DNA from: Candidatus Latescibacterota bacterium
Lineage (GTDB): Bacteria > Latescibacterota > UBA2968 > GCA-2709665
Assembly (NCBI GenBank): GCA_963667175.2
Contig: CAXXXF010000018.1
Location: 192,001 to 256,000 of the forward strand
Direction of reading: 5' to 3'
DNA: 64,000 nt
In this document: one piece after another, positions 30,075 through 39,395 of the stretch
Layout of the letters: the number at the start of each line of letters is the position of its first letter
Position numbering within the stretch: the stretch's first letter is position 1
The notes under the pieces: generated by a model
What the model saw: only the letters and a program-made list of their open reading frames with translations
Told to the model about the DNA's origin: nothing
The model's database searches: none
Position numbers and translations under genes: made by a program

Positions 30075-30199
30075 GGCGGGGAGACGAAAGACGGGAGAGA
30101 TTGTTTGCCCCTTGCGGTTTCATTTCTCGCCGGAGGCATAAAGGAAGCACCCGTCGGGCAAGGACGTCTTCTCCCGTCTCCCGTCTCGCCTCTTACCGA
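30075..30199 (+). repeat. fold-back dispersed element with heptamer arms (copy 1)
   Basis: Inverted AGACGGG/CCCGTCT arms around a TTGCCC...GGGCAA core; homologous to the reverse complement of 34895-34996. Confidence 0.8.
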
Positions 30200-30270
30200 T
30201 CTCGTTCTCCGTTTCGCAATCCGCTTTTGTCATTCCAGTCGCAAGGGTCCGCATTTTTCAGGAACTTTCC

Positions 30271-31017
30271 ATGGAACAGGATTTAACCCCGATTTTCAAA
30301 CGCTGGATATTCGATCCCCGGAAGACCTGCGCCAGACGAATCGTAGGAATCGACGGACGGGAGAAGCTGCAGGTCCGGTTTGAACTTGGCCTTCTTCAGA
30401 TGGAAATGACCGGTAGGCCCGACGGTACAGCCCCGAGAGGGTATGAGTCTGCCCTCGACGAGTACCTGGATTGCCTGGAGGCCCACCGAAGGCACCACGG
30501 TTCAGACGAAGGGTTCCGCCTGGATGAACGGGCGTGCAACGTGTTGTGGTCGGAAGGCGTACAGTATTATCAGCGGTACGTCTGTCTGATGCACCTGAGC
30601 GATTTCGAAGGGGTCCTGAGAGACACCACGCATAATCTGGCGTTGCTGGATCTGGTCCGGACCTATGCCGCCAATGAAGAGATCAAGTGTGAATTCGAAC
30701 GGTCCCGCACGTGTGTGCTCATGGCGCACGCCAGGTCCAAGGGTGAAATCTGCCTGCAAAATGGAGATTCCGAAGGTGCGCTCGAGGTGGTACGTGAGGG
30801 AATCGAGGAGATTCGGTCTGTCGCCAACGGGTCCGGAGAACCGGAGCAACCGGAATCCGGCGACGCGCTTCGCTCGCTGGAAGCGTGGGCGGAAGAGATT
30901 CGGCGGCGATATCCCGTTGTCAGGGAAGACCTTATTGAGCAGATTCAGACGGCGGTTTCGGAGGAACGTTACGTACAGGCCGCGGGTTTTGGAACCCGAC
31001 TGCACAGACTGAACTGA
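30271..31017 (+). CDS. conserved hypothetical helical protein with a degenerate C-terminal UvrB/UvrC (UVR) motif
   Basis: LQVRFELGLLQMEMTGRPDG, EGVQYYQRY; C-terminal AVSEERYVQAA. Confidence 0.65.
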   Translation: MEQDLTPIFKRWIFDPRKTCARRIVGIDGREKLQVRFELGLLQMEMTGRPDGTAPRGYESALDEYLDCLEAHRRHHGSDEGFRLDERACNVLWSEGVQYYQRYVCLMHLSDFEGVLRDTTHNLALLDLVRTYAANEEIKCEFERSRTCVLMAHARSKGEICLQNGDSEGALEVVREGIEEIRSVANGSGEPEQPESGDALRSLEAWAEEIRRRYPVVREDLIEQIQTAVSEERYVQAAGFGTRLHRLN

Positions 31018-31087
31018 ATTCCGCCGTCGGCGGTTGAACAGGTTGTCCGCGCGGGCCTATGGGCGCCGGTTGGGCAATGCACAGTTT

Positions 31088-31131
31088 ATTCCGATTCTGA
31101 ACAGCGATGCGTTTTCAGATCGGGATTTTTT
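31088..31131 (+). terminator. intrinsic terminator
   Basis: TCCGATTCTGAA/TTCAGATCGGGA stem plus T6. Confidence 0.55.
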
Positions 31132-31203
31132 GTGTGTGGCGCAGGGACGGGACATAGCAGCCCGGATAGACTTTTCCAACGGGCTGATTGGACGGAGAAC
31201 CGG

Positions 31204-32463
31204 ATGAACCCGGAATTCATGATCGCCCGCAGGCATTTCCGGTCTCTCCGCTCCCGGAGGCGCATCTCCTTTACGATGTTTATTGCAGCAATAGGCGTGG
31301 CGCTGGGCGTGTCATCGCTGGTGATCGTCATGTCCGTCATGAACGGATATACGAATATGATCCGCCAGCGCCTTCTGGGTGTAAACGCGCACGTGACCGT
31401 CCGCAAGTCCTTTCGCAAGCCGATTGCGGATTTCAGGCCGGTCGTCGGCGCCCTGGAAGGCCACCCTGAAGTGAGTGCGGCGTCGCCATTCATCCACGCG
31501 GAGGGGTTTGTCTTCCGGAAGCCCGCCGGAGCGGGCGCGGTCAAGTCGGGTGTTCTGGTGCGAGGAGTGGATCCGGAGGCCTTTGCCCGCACCAGCGACG
31601 TGGGACTGTACATTCAGAAAGGAACGATAGACCTCGGTCCGTGGGAGAAACAGGGTTCGCGTGCGGTATACGGAATGGTGTTGGGGCAGGTACTGGCGCA
31701 AAAGCTGGATGCGGCGCCCGGAGACGACGTGTTCCTGGGTCTGGCGCCGAAGGACGTGTTCAGCGGACGCGGACGCCGGTGGCAGCGTTACCGGGTAACC
31801 GGCGTCTTCAATACGGGCTATTTCGAGTTCGATTCTCGCCTCATCTATATTTCTCTGGCGGCCGCCAGACGGGACCTGGGATGGCAGGAAGTTGTCACGG
31901 GAATCCGCCTGCGGCTGCGGAATCCGATGGAAGCCGACCGGATGGGCGAGACGCTCAGACAGGTCCTGCGTGAGGCGCATCCCGGTCTGTTCGCGACGTC
32001 GTGGACACGGAATTTCGGTAACTTTTACGCGCTGATCCAGTTGCAGAAGTGGACGTTTTTTCTGATTCTGAGTCTGATCGTGGTCGTGGCGGGATTCAAC
32101 ATCATCAGCATCCTGACGATGAACGTGACCGATCGTCGCCGGGAGATTGGAATTCTGAAGGCGATGGGAATGATCCCGGGGCGGATCGGCCGGATTTTTA
32201 CCCTCGAGGGCGTCGTGGTGGGCGTGTCGGGGATTGCAATCGGTAATCTCCTGGGATTTTCGCTTTGCTGGATTCAGAAACGGTTCGAAGTGATTCACGT
32301 GCCCGGGGAGGTCTATTACGTCAGTTCGCTGCCGGTGGAAATGCGCCTCGAGGATTTCGGTCTGGTTTCCCTGTGCGCGGTCTTCGTCTGTTATCTCTTC
32401 AGCCTGCTTCCTTCCCGTGATGCGGCGGCGCTGGATCCGGTGGATGCCATCCGCTATGAGTGA
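31204..32463 (+). CDS. lolE: lipoprotein-releasing ABC permease LolC/E family
   Basis: GVALGVSSLVIVMSVMNG, VAGFNII, RREIGILKAMG, LDPVDAIRYE. Confidence 0.85.
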   Translation: MNPEFMIARRHFRSLRSRRRISFTMFIAAIGVALGVSSLVIVMSVMNGYTNMIRQRLLGVNAHVTVRKSFRKPIADFRPVVGALEGHPEVSAASPFIHAEGFVFRKPAGAGAVKSGVLVRGVDPEAFARTSDVGLYIQKGTIDLGPWEKQGSRAVYGMVLGQVLAQKLDAAPGDDVFLGLAPKDVFSGRGRRWQRYRVTGVFNTGYFEFDSRLIYISLAAARRDLGWQEVVTGIRLRLRNPMEADRMGETLRQVLREAHPGLFATSWTRNFGNFYALIQLQKWTFFLILSLIVVVAGFNIISILTMNVTDRRREIGILKAMGMIPGRIGRIFTLEGVVVGVSGIAIGNLLGFSLCWIQKRFEVIHVPGEVYYVSSLPVEMRLEDFGLVSLCAVFVCYLFSLLPSRDAAALDPVDAIRYE

Positions 32464-32565
32464 TCGACGATACACGGCGCCGCCGCACCTGGGGCAAGAA
32501 GGGACGAATCGACGGGAGAATGGTGAGAAACTTTGGGGACAGGACACCAGGACAGGGCGCCCGCG

Positions 32566-33816
32566 ATGGTCGAATGGTTGATTGCGCGACGGTATCTTCG
32601 CTCGATGCGTCGCCGGAAACGTGTGTCGTTCACGGTGGCTGTGGCGGTACTGGGCGTGGGCCTGGGCGTGGGGGCGCTGGTGATCGTGCTGTCGGTGTCG
32701 AACGGGTTTTCGGCGCTGGTATGGGACCGGCTGCTGGGCGTAAACGCGCATGCGACGGTGCGCGCGGAGAGCGGGCGCCCGATTGAGGATCCCGGGGCGC
32801 TCCTGACCGCGCTGGACGCCCATCCCCTGGTCACTGGCGTCTCGCCGTTTGCGGCGTCAGAAGGCGCCCTCCTGCACCGTTCCTTTGAAAACGAGGTGTA
32901 TAGCGCCGCTGTGATGGTGAGAGGCGTAACGCCGGACGGATTGGAAGCGGTAAGCGATCTGGAGGACTATATCTGGGGAGGCGCCCTGGATCTCGGTCTC
33001 CAGGAAACGGAGGGCCGCGGTCGGGTTTACGGGATCGTCGTCGGGCGCTATCTGGCCGATCAACTGGGCGTACGGGTGGGATCCGAGGTACGTCTCTGGA
33101 TCCTGCCGCAAGAGGTCTTCGCCGCGCAGACCCGGTTCCGGCGGTACCTGGTCACCGGCATCTTCAGCTCGGGTAACCCTGAGTACGACAGCGGATTGGC
33201 CTATGTTTCTCTATCAGCGGCCCGAAGAGACCTCGAATGGGAGCGCCGGATCAGCGGCGTCCGGCTTCGGTTCGGCGACGCCTTTCGGGCGCGGGAATTC
33301 AGCGCGGCCGTTGAGAAGACGACCAGGCAACTGGATCCGGCGCTTGCCGTGCATCCCTGGATGCGCGACCACGGCAATCTCTATTTTTCCATTCATCTGG
33401 AGAAGTGGGCGAGTTTTCTGGGAATCGGGCTGATTGTCGTGGTTGCAGGCTTCAACATCGTCAGCGTGCTTAGCATGAACGTGGCGGAGAGGCGCCGTGA
33501 GATTGGCATTCTCAAGACCCTTGGCGTGCCTCCGCGGAGAATCGGGCGGATATTTACGTGGCAGGGGCTTGCCGTGGGCTTTTCCGGCGTGTTGCTTGGC
33601 AATCTGCTGGGTTTTGCCCTGTGCTGGGCGCAGCAGCGGTACGAACTGCTGAAAATTCCGGGAGACGTGTTGATTACGCAGGCACTGCCCGTCGAAATGC
33701 GGGTGTCTGATTTTCTGGCGATTTCGGCTTCCGCCGCGTTGGTCTGCTATCTGTTTACGCTGTTTCCGGCTCGAGACGCCGCGGCACTGGATCCGGTTGA
33801 AGCAATCAGGCGATAG
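32566..33816 (+). CDS. lipoprotein-releasing ABC permease LolC/E family, second paralog
   Basis: Same FtsX/LolE motifs: VAGFNIV, RREIGILKTLG, LDPVEAIRR. Confidence 0.88.
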   Translation: MVEWLIARRYLRSMRRRKRVSFTVAVAVLGVGLGVGALVIVLSVSNGFSALVWDRLLGVNAHATVRAESGRPIEDPGALLTALDAHPLVTGVSPFAASEGALLHRSFENEVYSAAVMVRGVTPDGLEAVSDLEDYIWGGALDLGLQETEGRGRVYGIVVGRYLADQLGVRVGSEVRLWILPQEVFAAQTRFRRYLVTGIFSSGNPEYDSGLAYVSLSAARRDLEWERRISGVRLRFGDAFRAREFSAAVEKTTRQLDPALAVHPWMRDHGNLYFSIHLEKWASFLGIGLIVVVAGFNIVSVLSMNVAERRREIGILKTLGVPPRRIGRIFTWQGLAVGFSGVLLGNLLGFALCWAQQRYELLKIPGDVLITQALPVEMRVSDFLAISASAALVCYLFTLFPARDAAALDPVEAIRR

Positions 33817-33884
33817 GTACCTGTCCGGGAAACAGGCCGCCCTTCTTCCGTTGCCGGAGCGATGCAGGGACCAGAAGGGGCTCC

Positions 33885-34049
33885 ATGGATCCCGATCCAC
33901 TTAGATCGTATCCGCCGGGCGACCCCAGGCGTCCGCCTCCGAGGTGGTTTCTGGTGCTGATCGCCGTTGCCGTTGCGATTGTGGTGACGTTGTTCGCCGT
34001 TCTCATCGCCTATCTGCGCGACGTATGGACGGCGCGGCCGCTTGGTTAG
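33885..34049 (+). CDS. small single-pass membrane protein (54 aa)
   Basis: MDPDPLRSYPPGDPRRPPPRWFLVLIAVAVAIVVTLFAVLIAYLRDVWTARPLG; purine-rich RBS; terminator follows. Confidence 0.6.
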   Translation: MDPDPLRSYPPGDPRRPPPRWFLVLIAVAVAIVVTLFAVLIAYLRDVWTARPLG

Positions 34050-34074
34050 CACTGCACGATAAAGAATAACATGG

Positions 34075-34102
34075 AAAAGCCCGGACGATTGTCCGGGCTT
34101 TT
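34075..34102. terminator. bidirectional intrinsic terminator
   Basis: AAAAGCCCGGAC-GATT-GTCCGGGCTTTT between convergent genes. Confidence 0.85.
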
Positions 34103-34126
34103 GATTGCCGATGCCCGGAACGTCGG

Positions 34127-34864
34127 TCAGTACGTGGCGCGGCCGCCGCTGGCGTCAAAACACTGCCCCGTTGTGAAACTGGCTTCATCCGAGGCCAGGA
34201 AGTGTACCAGCGCGGCGACCTCGCCGGGTTTGCCAAGGCGGCCCATGGGTATCCTGGACGTAAGGAAGGCGGCCCGATCCGGATCCAGACCGAGGGTCAT
34301 CCCGGTCTCGATGAGTGCGGGCGCGACGCAGTTGACACGAACGTTGTGGTCCAGCACCTCCCTGGCAAGCGCCTTGGTAAAACAGATAACGCCGGCCTTC
34401 GATACCGAGTAAGCCGCCATATTGGCGTTCCCTTCCTTGCCAGAGATCGAGGCGACGGATACAATTGCGCCCCTGTTGCGTTCTGCCATGTGTGCGATGA
34501 CCGCGCGCGAGCAGAGGAAGACGCCCTTGAGATTGGTGTCCATCACGCGGTCCCACTCCGTTTCGCTCAGTTCCCGCACCGGCGACTCCGGGCCCACAAT
34601 GCCGGCGTTATTGACCAGGACGTCGATCTGGCCGAGCCGTTCCAGCACGGTGTCCACCATCCGGGTGACGTCTTCGCTGCGCGAGATATCCGCTTTCACG
34701 GTGAGACTGACGTTGGAACGCCCCCCGTCGGGCGGGTCGATATCCGCGATGGCAACGGTCGCGCCCGCAGTCGCCAGGCGGTCCGCGATGGCCGCACCGA
34801 TGCCTCTGGCGCCGCCGGTGACGAGCGCAACGCGTCCGGTAAGGTCCATGAACGTCGGTGGCAT
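34127..34864 (-). CDS. short-chain dehydrogenase/reductase (FabG-like)
   Basis: TGGARGIG, NNAG, YSVSK. Confidence 0.92.
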   Translation of the reverse strand: MPPTFMDLTGRVALVTGGARGIGAAIADRLATAGATVAIADIDPPDGGRSNVSLTVKADISRSEDVTRMVDTVLERLGQIDVLVNNAGIVGPESPVRELSETEWDRVMDTNLKGVFLCSRAVIAHMAERNRGAIVSVASISGKEGNANMAAYSVSKAGVICFTKALAREVLDHNVRVNCVAPALIETGMTLGLDPDRAAFLTSRIPMGRLGKPGEVAALVHFLASDEASFTTGQCFDASGGRATY

Positions 34865-34894
34865 GGTTGTTCTCTCAATCTGTGGCGTGTAACT

Positions 34895-35143
34895 TCGGTA
34901 AGCGGGGAGACGGTAGACGGTAGAGGGTAGATGACATCCTTGCCCAATTGGTTCTACCTTTGTGCCTCCGGCAAGAAATGAATCCGCACGGGGCAATAAA
35001 ACCCGTTAGACGCAAGACGGTAGATGATAACGTTAGCACAGTGTCTCCACGCTGACCGTGCCTGTTTCTCTACCGCTATCGTAACGACTAGAAAAACCAT
35101 ATGGCACTCATATCATCTCCCCTCTTACGTCTACCGTCTACCC
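34895..35143 (-). repeat. two adjacent elements with heptamer arms (34895-34996 and about 35005-35143)
   Basis: AGACGGT/TCTACCG tandem arms in inverted orientation; the first is homologous to 30105-30199, the second has a different hairpin interior. Confidence 0.8.
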
Positions 35144-35173
35144 GATTCTACGGGGCCGTGGGGTGAGGGTTAC

Positions 35174-36262
35174 CTAAGTCAATTCCGTCCCGTCCATGTA
35201 TTCGATCAGTTTCCGGTTCGCCCGGGAAAACGCATAGTCTTCGAGGCTTTCGGGAACGACCCACTTCACGTCCGTACAGGTCCGCGCGCGGGCTCTGCCG
35301 CCTCTGTATTCGCATCGAAACGCGTGCATGGTTACGCTGAAGTGGGTGAAAGCGTGTCTGACGGACCTGAACCGGTTCCGCAGGGCCGCGTCGACGCCGG
35401 TGGCCTCGCGCACCGCCCGAATACACGTGTCACCCAGGGGCTCGCCCTCCTGCTGTCGGGCCGACGGGAATTCCCACAGTCCTCCGAGAAGCCCGTCTTC
35501 CGGCCGGCGCGCGATCAGGACCTTGTCGTTCCGGGATACGATTCCGACACCCAGGACGTGGTGCGGGCGCGATTTCTTCGGGGCTTTGACGGGCAACGAT
35601 TCCGCCGTACCGGATTGATACGCGGCGCAATATTCGTCGACGGGACACGAGCCGCATCGAGGCGCCCGCGGGCGGCAGACCGTCGCGCCAAGTTCCATGA
35701 CGGCCTGGTTGTACTCGCCGGCATCGCCGCTGTTCAGAAGGTCGTCCGCCAGTTTCTGAAGACGGGTTCTGGTGCGGGTTTGCGCGATATCGTCCCGAAT
35801 CTCGAAGAGCCGGCAAAGAACGCGGATGACGTTGCCGTCGAGAACGGCGAAGTCCCGGTCGTAGGCGATACTCAGGACGGCGGCCGTGGTGTAGGGTCCC
35901 AGACCGGGCAGAGCGGAGAGATCGTCGTAGGCATCGGGAACGGCGCCGTTGAATCTTTCCACGATGTACCGGGCTGTTCTGTGCAGGTTTCGCGCGCGAG
36001 AATAGTAGCCCAGGCCCTCCCACGCCTTGAGGACCCGGTCTCCGGGCGATCGGGCGAGGTCCTGCACGGTCGGGAAATCTCTCAGGAACCGCCTGTAATA
36101 GGGAATGACGGTTTCGACCCGGGTCTGCTGAAGCATGAACTCGGCGAGCAGAACCTGGTATGGATCGGACGTTTGACGCCAGGGGAGATCCCGCTTTTCA
36201 CGACGGTACCACGCGAGCAGGGACCTCTTGATCGATGCAAATCCTGACAGGTCGGCATTCAT
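35174..36262 (-). CDS. mutY: A/G-specific adenine glycosylase
   Basis: RDLPWR, EFMLQQT, WEGLGYYSRARN, HhH LPGLGPYT, DGNV, 4Fe-4S cysteines, NUDIX-like LWEFP. Confidence 0.96.
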   Translation of the reverse strand: MNADLSGFASIKRSLLAWYRREKRDLPWRQTSDPYQVLLAEFMLQQTRVETVIPYYRRFLRDFPTVQDLARSPGDRVLKAWEGLGYYSRARNLHRTARYIVERFNGAVPDAYDDLSALPGLGPYTTAAVLSIAYDRDFAVLDGNVIRVLCRLFEIRDDIAQTRTRTRLQKLADDLLNSGDAGEYNQAVMELGATVCRPRAPRCGSCPVDEYCAAYQSGTAESLPVKAPKKSRPHHVLGVGIVSRNDKVLIARRPEDGLLGGLWEFPSARQQEGEPLGDTCIRAVREATGVDAALRNRFRSVRHAFTHFSVTMHAFRCEYRGGRARARTCTDVKWVVPESLEDYAFSRANRKLIEYMDGTELT

Positions 36263-36285
36263 CAGTTTACCCGGCGAAGGTCGCC

Positions 36286-36648
36286 TCACCGCGCCTGGAC
36301 GTCTTCCTTTCGGCGGCGCTTCTCCTCCGCAATATCGCTGGCGTGTCCCGTGACGACGTCGGGCGGGCTGGTCCTGATCAGTTGCTGCAGAGCCAGCAGG
36401 AACAACAGGACGTCTTCTCCATAGCCCAGGTGCGGGAACAACGCTTCCGGCAACAGATCCACGGGGGATATCCCGTAGAGAATGATCACGTAGACCAGCA
36501 GTTTGCTGTACCATGGCACACGCGGGTCTTTCATCAGGCGCCAGGCGAGTCTGATATACTGGGGCAGGCGAAAGAGAATTGAGAAGATGCCGCGCATGGC
36601 AGTAGCGAGCGGGTACACGTGGACGCGATTCTCTGCGCGATCGTTCAA
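36286..36648 (-). CDS. DUF1232/YkvA family membrane protein
   Basis: DPRVPW..K, YGISPVDLLPE, LGYGED. Confidence 0.8.
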   Translation of the reverse strand: MNDRAENRVHVYPLATAMRGIFSILFRLPQYIRLAWRLMKDPRVPWYSKLLVYVIILYGISPVDLLPEALFPHLGYGEDVLLFLLALQQLIRTSPPDVVTGHASDIAEEKRRRKEDVQAR

Positions 36649-36660
36649 GAGACGGTTGGC

Positions 36661-37653
36661 CTACGTCCTGCCAGGAAAGGATCTGACCCTGGGGTGGTTC
36701 AACACGTCCGGATTGATGATGTGCGCGGGTTCCCTGCCCTCCATGGCGTCGGTGAGTTGCCCGAAGGTTCGGCGGTCCAGGCGTACCGCGGAAGCGTCGG
36801 TCATTCCGGCGTTGTGGTTGGTACAGATGATGCGGGGGTGCCCCTTGTGGATGGCTCGCGGGCCGTCCACAGGGTCGTCGACCACGTAATACCAGAGTCG
36901 CTTCTCGACGATGGCGCGGTTGACGGCAATATCGTCTACGAGGGCGCCGCGCGACGGGTTGATGAGGGAGGCATGGGGCTGCATGGCACAAAGGAGGTCG
37001 TAGGTTACGAGGGTGTCGGCGCCGGAAACGTGCAGGGAGACAGTATCGCATTCCCTGAACAGGTCTATCGGTTCGCCGACGGCCTCCGCCCCGAATCGGG
37101 ACGCGAGTTCCGCGACGTCCGGCCGGACGTCGTAAACCAGCACGCGTCCCCTGTCACCCAGGAGAGGCTTTGCTCGTTCGGCGACCGCCTGACCGATGCG
37201 GCCGAAACCATATAGACCAAGCGTAGTTTCGGCGACCTCGTAGGTTCTGATGAGAGAAAAGTCGCCGCTGTGGGAGAGTCGGTTCAGCGTGTAGACCCTC
37301 TTCATGGTCGCCATCCACTGGGCAATGGCGTATTCGGCTACCGTGACCATATGCTCAGGAGCAATGGTCACGATCACGCCGCGGCGCGTAGCCGCGTCGA
37401 GGTTGACTTTTTCGTAACCCACGCCCCATCGGGAGACGATGCGCAGGTCCGTCGCGGCTTCATAGAAGCTTTCGTGAATCAGCGCGGAGCTCGCGATTAC
37501 GCCGACCACGCCGGCTGCTTCGTTTCCCGTCAGTTCCCCGGAGTAGTAGTCCACGCTGGCAATGCCGGCCAGTCGCTCCAGTCTCTTCCGGCGGCTGTCG
37601 GAGTCGAATTCGGGGTTCCGCATGTTGGCGGACAGCAGGATTCTCCGTGCCAT
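36661..37653 (-). CDS. D-isomer-specific 2-hydroxyacid dehydrogenase family
   Basis: RWGVGYE, VAEY, GLYGFGRIG, INPSRGALVD, TNHNAG. Confidence 0.88.
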   Translation of the reverse strand: MARRILLSANMRNPEFDSDSRRKRLERLAGIASVDYYSGELTGNEAAGVVGVIASSALIHESFYEAATDLRIVSRWGVGYEKVNLDAATRRGVIVTIAPEHMVTVAEYAIAQWMATMKRVYTLNRLSHSGDFSLIRTYEVAETTLGLYGFGRIGQAVAERAKPLLGDRGRVLVYDVRPDVAELASRFGAEAVGEPIDLFRECDTVSLHVSGADTLVTYDLLCAMQPHASLINPSRGALVDDIAVNRAIVEKRLWYYVVDDPVDGPRAIHKGHPRIICTNHNAGMTDASAVRLDRRTFGQLTDAMEGREPAHIINPDVLNHPRVRSFPGRT

Positions 37654-37687
37654 GCAATTCCTTTGTCTGAGAGGTGACGCGGCAGGT

Positions 37688-39349
37688 CTATCGAATCTTC
37701 TGCCGGTCCACGATATCCTGGACGATTTCGCGAAGGGCGCCGCGCTGGACCTTGCCCGTAGACGTCATCGGCAAGCGGTCGGGGTTGAACGGAATGGTCC
37801 TGCAGGGCGCTTCAAAGGGGCTCAGGTTTGCCACGTTTCCTGCCAGTCCCTCGCTCAGGATCCGCCCGGCTGCTTCCACCTGCTTCCCGGGCGCCATGCC
37901 GTTGCGAAAGACCAGCGCGGCGCAGACGTCCTGTCCCCAGCGTTCGTCGTCCAGGCCGGTAACGTAGGCCCCGGCAAGCTCTGGAAAGGCTTCTACAAGG
38001 GCGTTTTCGACGGCTATCGGCGAGATGTTTACCCCCCCCTTGATGACGATTTCCTTCTTGCGGCTGTGAACGAAATAGTAATCGCGGTCGCCGATCGCAC
38101 ACCGGTAGCCGATGTCGCCGGTGTGAAACCAACCCTCCCTGAAGACTTCCTTCGTGGCTGCCGGCTGATTGAGGTAGCCGCCCGCCACAACCGGACCGCG
38201 AACCAGGATTTCACCGAGTTCGCCGGGAGCAGGATCGCCGTCGAGGCGGATGTTGTTGTTTTCGAGTTCGACTCCCGCGGCGTTACGCAGAAGCGCCTTC
38301 CGGTATTCGTCTTCCGGCAGGTCCGGCGGAACGCCGGTGACGCGAAGGCTGACTTCGGTGGCGCCGTAGCCCTGGATCAGGCGCACGCCGAATCGATCGT
38401 GGAAACGCGCCGCGGGGCCCGCGGGAACAGGGGCGCTGCCGATCATTATTTTCCTGAGCGCGGAAATGTCGTGTCCGGCCGCGTCGAACGCGTCCGCGTC
38501 GGCAAGCAGGTCCCGCATGATGGTGGGAACAATGCTGCTGGACGTCGCTTTCTCTTCTACAATGACGGGCCAGAAACCTGAAGCGCTGTATCTGGAGTTG
38601 AGAACGAGCGTTCCGCCGGCCATCAGTAGCGCAATTGAAAAGACGGTTGAATTGACGTGATGCAGCGGCAGCACGAGGCTGAGTCGTTCATTTTCGTCGA
38701 AATGCAGCCAGCGGCCGATCCCGTCCGCATTGCTCACGATGCTCTGTCGCGTAAGTAGAACGCCCTTGGGCTTGCCCGTTGTTCCCGACGTGTACAGAAT
38801 GATCCCCGCGCCCTGCTCCGCCGCCGGATCCCCGCTCCATTCCGGTTCCAGGTCCGTAGTCCGGTCGACGTCGCCGGCAAGCAGGCTGTCCGTGGCCGCA
38901 ATGGGGACGTCCGGTGCGATTTTGCGCTCGGAATCCAAGTGGCCCGGAAGCACGCAGAGCAATTTGACGCGCGAGTCTTCGAGCTTGTATCGCTTTCGTT
39001 CCGGCCCGTCGCGCCTGAGATCCAGCGGGACGGCGGTCGCGCCAAGCCGGAAGAGGGCCTGGGTGATCAGAAGGATTTCCGGGCAATTCGGCATGGCCAG
39101 GGATACCCGGTCTCCAGGACCGATGCCATAGTCGTCGTGGAACCGGGCCGCCAGCGCCGCGGTCCGGCGGTTCAGGTCTCCGTATGTGATAACCGACCGT
39201 TTTTCGCCGTCCAGGTCGCGGAAGATGACGGCCGCGCGGTCTCCGCCGTCCGAAGCCCGACGTTGAAGAAGGCGCGTGAAGTTCTTCCATGGAAAGCGAT
39301 AGACGTGAGGACGTCCGTTCTTCGTGCATGTGAAGATCTTTGGATCCAT
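37688..39349 (-). CDS. class I adenylate-forming enzyme (acyl-CoA ligase, MenE-like)
   Basis: YTSGTTGKPKG, QGYGATE, FHTGD, KGGVNISP, TSTGK. Confidence 0.88.
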   Translation of the reverse strand: MDPKIFTCTKNGRPHVYRFPWKNFTRLLQRRASDGGDRAAVIFRDLDGEKRSVITYGDLNRRTAALAARFHDDYGIGPGDRVSLAMPNCPEILLITQALFRLGATAVPLDLRRDGPERKRYKLEDSRVKLLCVLPGHLDSERKIAPDVPIAATDSLLAGDVDRTTDLEPEWSGDPAAEQGAGIILYTSGTTGKPKGVLLTRQSIVSNADGIGRWLHFDENERLSLVLPLHHVNSTVFSIALLMAGGTLVLNSRYSASGFWPVIVEEKATSSSIVPTIMRDLLADADAFDAAGHDISALRKIMIGSAPVPAGPAARFHDRFGVRLIQGYGATEVSLRVTGVPPDLPEDEYRKALLRNAAGVELENNNIRLDGDPAPGELGEILVRGPVVAGGYLNQPAATKEVFREGWFHTGDIGYRCAIGDRDYYFVHSRKKEIVIKGGVNISPIAVENALVEAFPELAGAYVTGLDDERWGQDVCAALVFRNGMAPGKQVEAAGRILSEGLAGNVANLSPFEAPCRTIPFNPDRLPMTSTGKVQRGALREIVQDIVDRQKIR

Positions 39350-39395
39350 AGAGATTGGACCGCGTTCCGCAGGCAACGGACAGGACGTCGGGAAC

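Noticed and set aside
34895-35143. CRISPR array
   Set aside because: The repeats are inverted heptamer arms rather than direct repeats of constant length with regular spacers, and no cas genes are present.
35174-37051. 625-aa MutY with a long N-terminal extension
   Set aside because: The extension overlaps two real genes in other frames and reads as GC-rich shadow sequence; the real start is at about 36262.
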